A stretch of DNA of 32,000 nucleotides from Candidatus Saccharimonadota bacterium (lineage in GTDB: Archaea > Nanobdellota > Nanobdellia > Pacearchaeales > GW2011-AR1): NCBI GenBank assembly GCA_041659445.1, contig JBAZYG010000001.1:330001-362000 (forward strand), read 5' to 3'. The notes under the pieces were generated by a model that was not told the DNA's origin, ran no database searches, and was given only the letters and a program-made list of their open reading frames with translations. Positions 30,998 to 32,000 of the stretch are shown here, piece after piece. Position 1 is the first letter of the stretch. The number at the start of each line of letters is the position of its first letter. Both the position numbers and the translations under genes were made by a program.

Positions 30998-32000
30998 ATG
31001 ACAGAAAAACCAATAAGAAAAAAAATAGGAGTAATAAGATTTTCACTCTTGAGTCCAGAAGATATCAAAAATATTTCTGTTGCAAAAGTTGTTACACCTG
31101 AACTTTATGATATTGATGGTTATCCTGTCGACGGTGGATTAATGGATTTGAGATTAGGAGCAATTGACCCAGGAGTAAGATGTAGAACTTGTGGTGGAAG
31201 AATCAAAGAATGTTTAGGACATCCAGGAAGTATTGATTTAGCTAAACCAGTTATTCATTTAAATTATGTTCCTTTAATTGAAATGTGTTTAAGATCTTTT
31301 TGTAAAGACTGTGGAAAATTAATGATTAATGAAAAAGATTTATCAAAATATTCTCCAAGTATGAGAGTAAAGAAAGCAAAAGATGCTAAAAAATGTCCTT
31401 ATTGTCAAGCTGCACAAGAAAAATTCAGATTAGATAAACCAACTAATTTTTACAAAGGAAAATCAAGAATTTTTCCAACAGAAATAAGAGAAATTTTGGT
31501 TAAAATTCCCGACGAGGAATTGAAAAAAGCAGGAGTTAATGCAAGAACATGTCGACCTGAATGGGCAATTTTAACTTCATTATTAGTTCCGCCTGTTACT
31601 GTAAGACCTTCAATTATTTTAGAAACAGGTGAAAGAAGTGAAGATGATTTAACACACAAACTTTCAGATATTATTCGAGCAAATCAAAGACTTTGGGAAA
31701 ATTTGAATGCAGGTGCACCTGAAGTTATTATCGAGGATTTATGGGATTTATTACAATATCATATTACAACTTTTTTTGATAACACAATTACAAGAGTTCC
31801 TCCAGCAAGACATCGTTCTGGACAACCATTAAAAACAATTACAGAAAGAATCAAGGGTAAAGAAGGAAGAATTAGAAAAAATATTGCAGGTAAAAGAGTA
31901 AATTATTCTGGTAGAACAGTTATTAGTCCAGATCCAAATTTAAAAATAAACGAAGTGGGAATTCCTTATGAAATCGCAAGAATTGTAACTGTTTTAGAAA
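30998..32000 (+). CDS. rpoA1: DNA-directed RNA polymerase subunit A' (Rpo1N), 3'-truncated by the window edge
   Basis: My own translation from ATG 30998 is MTEKPIRKKIGVIRFSLLSPEDIKNISVAKV...CRTCGGRIKECLGHPGSIDLAKPVIH...LVPPVTVRPS...GKEGRIRKNIAGKRVNYSGRTVISPDP. The frame is open to nt 32000. It is absent from the ORF track because no stop codon lies in the window. Confidence 0.95.
   Translation, partial: MTEKPIRKKIGVIRFSLLSPEDIKNISVAKVVTPELYDIDGYPVDGGLMDLRLGAIDPGVRCRTCGGRIKECLGHPGSIDLAKPVIHLNYVPLIEMCLRSFCKDCGKLMINEKDLSKYSPSMRVKKAKDAKKCPYCQAAQEKFRLDKPTNFYKGKSRIFPTEIREILVKIPDEELKKAGVNARTCRPEWAILTSLLVPPVTVRPSIILETGERSEDDLTHKLSDIIRANQRLWENLNAGAPEVIIEDLWDLLQYHITTFFDNTITRVPPARHRSGQPLKTITERIKGKEGRIRKNIAGKRVNYSGRTVISPDPNLKINEVGIPYEIARIVTVLE

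Noticed and set aside
876-31659. Seventeen short ORFs in the track lie inside longer, motif-supported genes, either antisense to them or, for 28072-28320, same-strand but out of frame. They are 876-1091, 1663-1935, 1748-1951, 5589-5777, 6217-6444, 6569-6805, 8150-8434, 10702-10899, 11835-12041, 12107-12361, 13138-13350, 24105-24290, 27518-27706, 28072-28320, 28268-28720, 29867-30073 and 31450-31659.
   Set aside because: Each is embedded in, or largely overlaps, a longer gene with recognisable motifs or better start-site context. Their translations are low-complexity F/L/I/K/N-rich strings typical of off-frame or antisense reading of AT-rich coding DNA. None has a -27/-29 TATA or a GGAGG site.
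1-32000. A CRISPR array, rRNA genes, or transposase or IS elements.
   Set aside because: I found no regularly spaced direct repeats of CRISPR type, no rRNA-like conserved stretches and no transposase-like ORFs on either strand. The only multi-copy sequences are the promoter modules, the tRNA 5' fragments and the intragenic repeat at 25499-25602.
1-32000. An alternative genetic code (stop-codon reassignment), as occurs in some reduced uncultivated lineages.
   Set aside because: All motif-supported genes read through cleanly under the standard code. TAA, TAG and TGA are all used as terminators; TGA, for example, ends the genes at 401, 21773 and 30757 at sensible gene boundaries.

Overview
This is an AT-rich, gene-dense archaeal window. 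Archaeal markers are the rpoH / unsplit rpoB / rpoA' RNA polymerase operon, a pilin with a class III signal peptide, an archaeal/eukaryal-type GluRS core and a TrmB-family regulator. Small genes and many orphans suggest a reduced DPANN-like genome, which is inference only. Recognisable content: (i) one deoxynucleotide locus at 12.2-19.7 kb (nrdR, nrdJ, long tandem-domain dcd, a Dcd/Dut-family paralogue, a C39-like peptidase-fold ORF, thyA, folA, trx); (ii) GluRS-like, U32 peptidase, PP-loop tRNA thiolation ATPase, and a KNTase-like nucleotidyltransferase; (iii) one tRNA-Lys(UUU); (iv) a run of small membrane or secreted proteins at 23.1-25.7 kb; (v) the RNA polymerase operon at 26.8-32.0 kb. 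Items most worth a second look: three translationally coupled orphan ORFs between rpoB and rpoA'; two partial copies of the tRNA-Lys 5' end inside a hairpin-rich leader downstream of the only good TATA box; tandem NrdR boxes 31 bp apart over the nrdR promoter; a Dcd/Dut paralogue that appears to lack both catalytic acidic residues and abuts a C39-like ORF; a GluRS that stops at the catalytic / anticodon-binding domain boundary; and identical promoter modules shared by unrelated orphan genes. I saw no CRISPR array, integrase, transposase or rRNA. All family assignments rest on motif recognition by eye; no database search was run.
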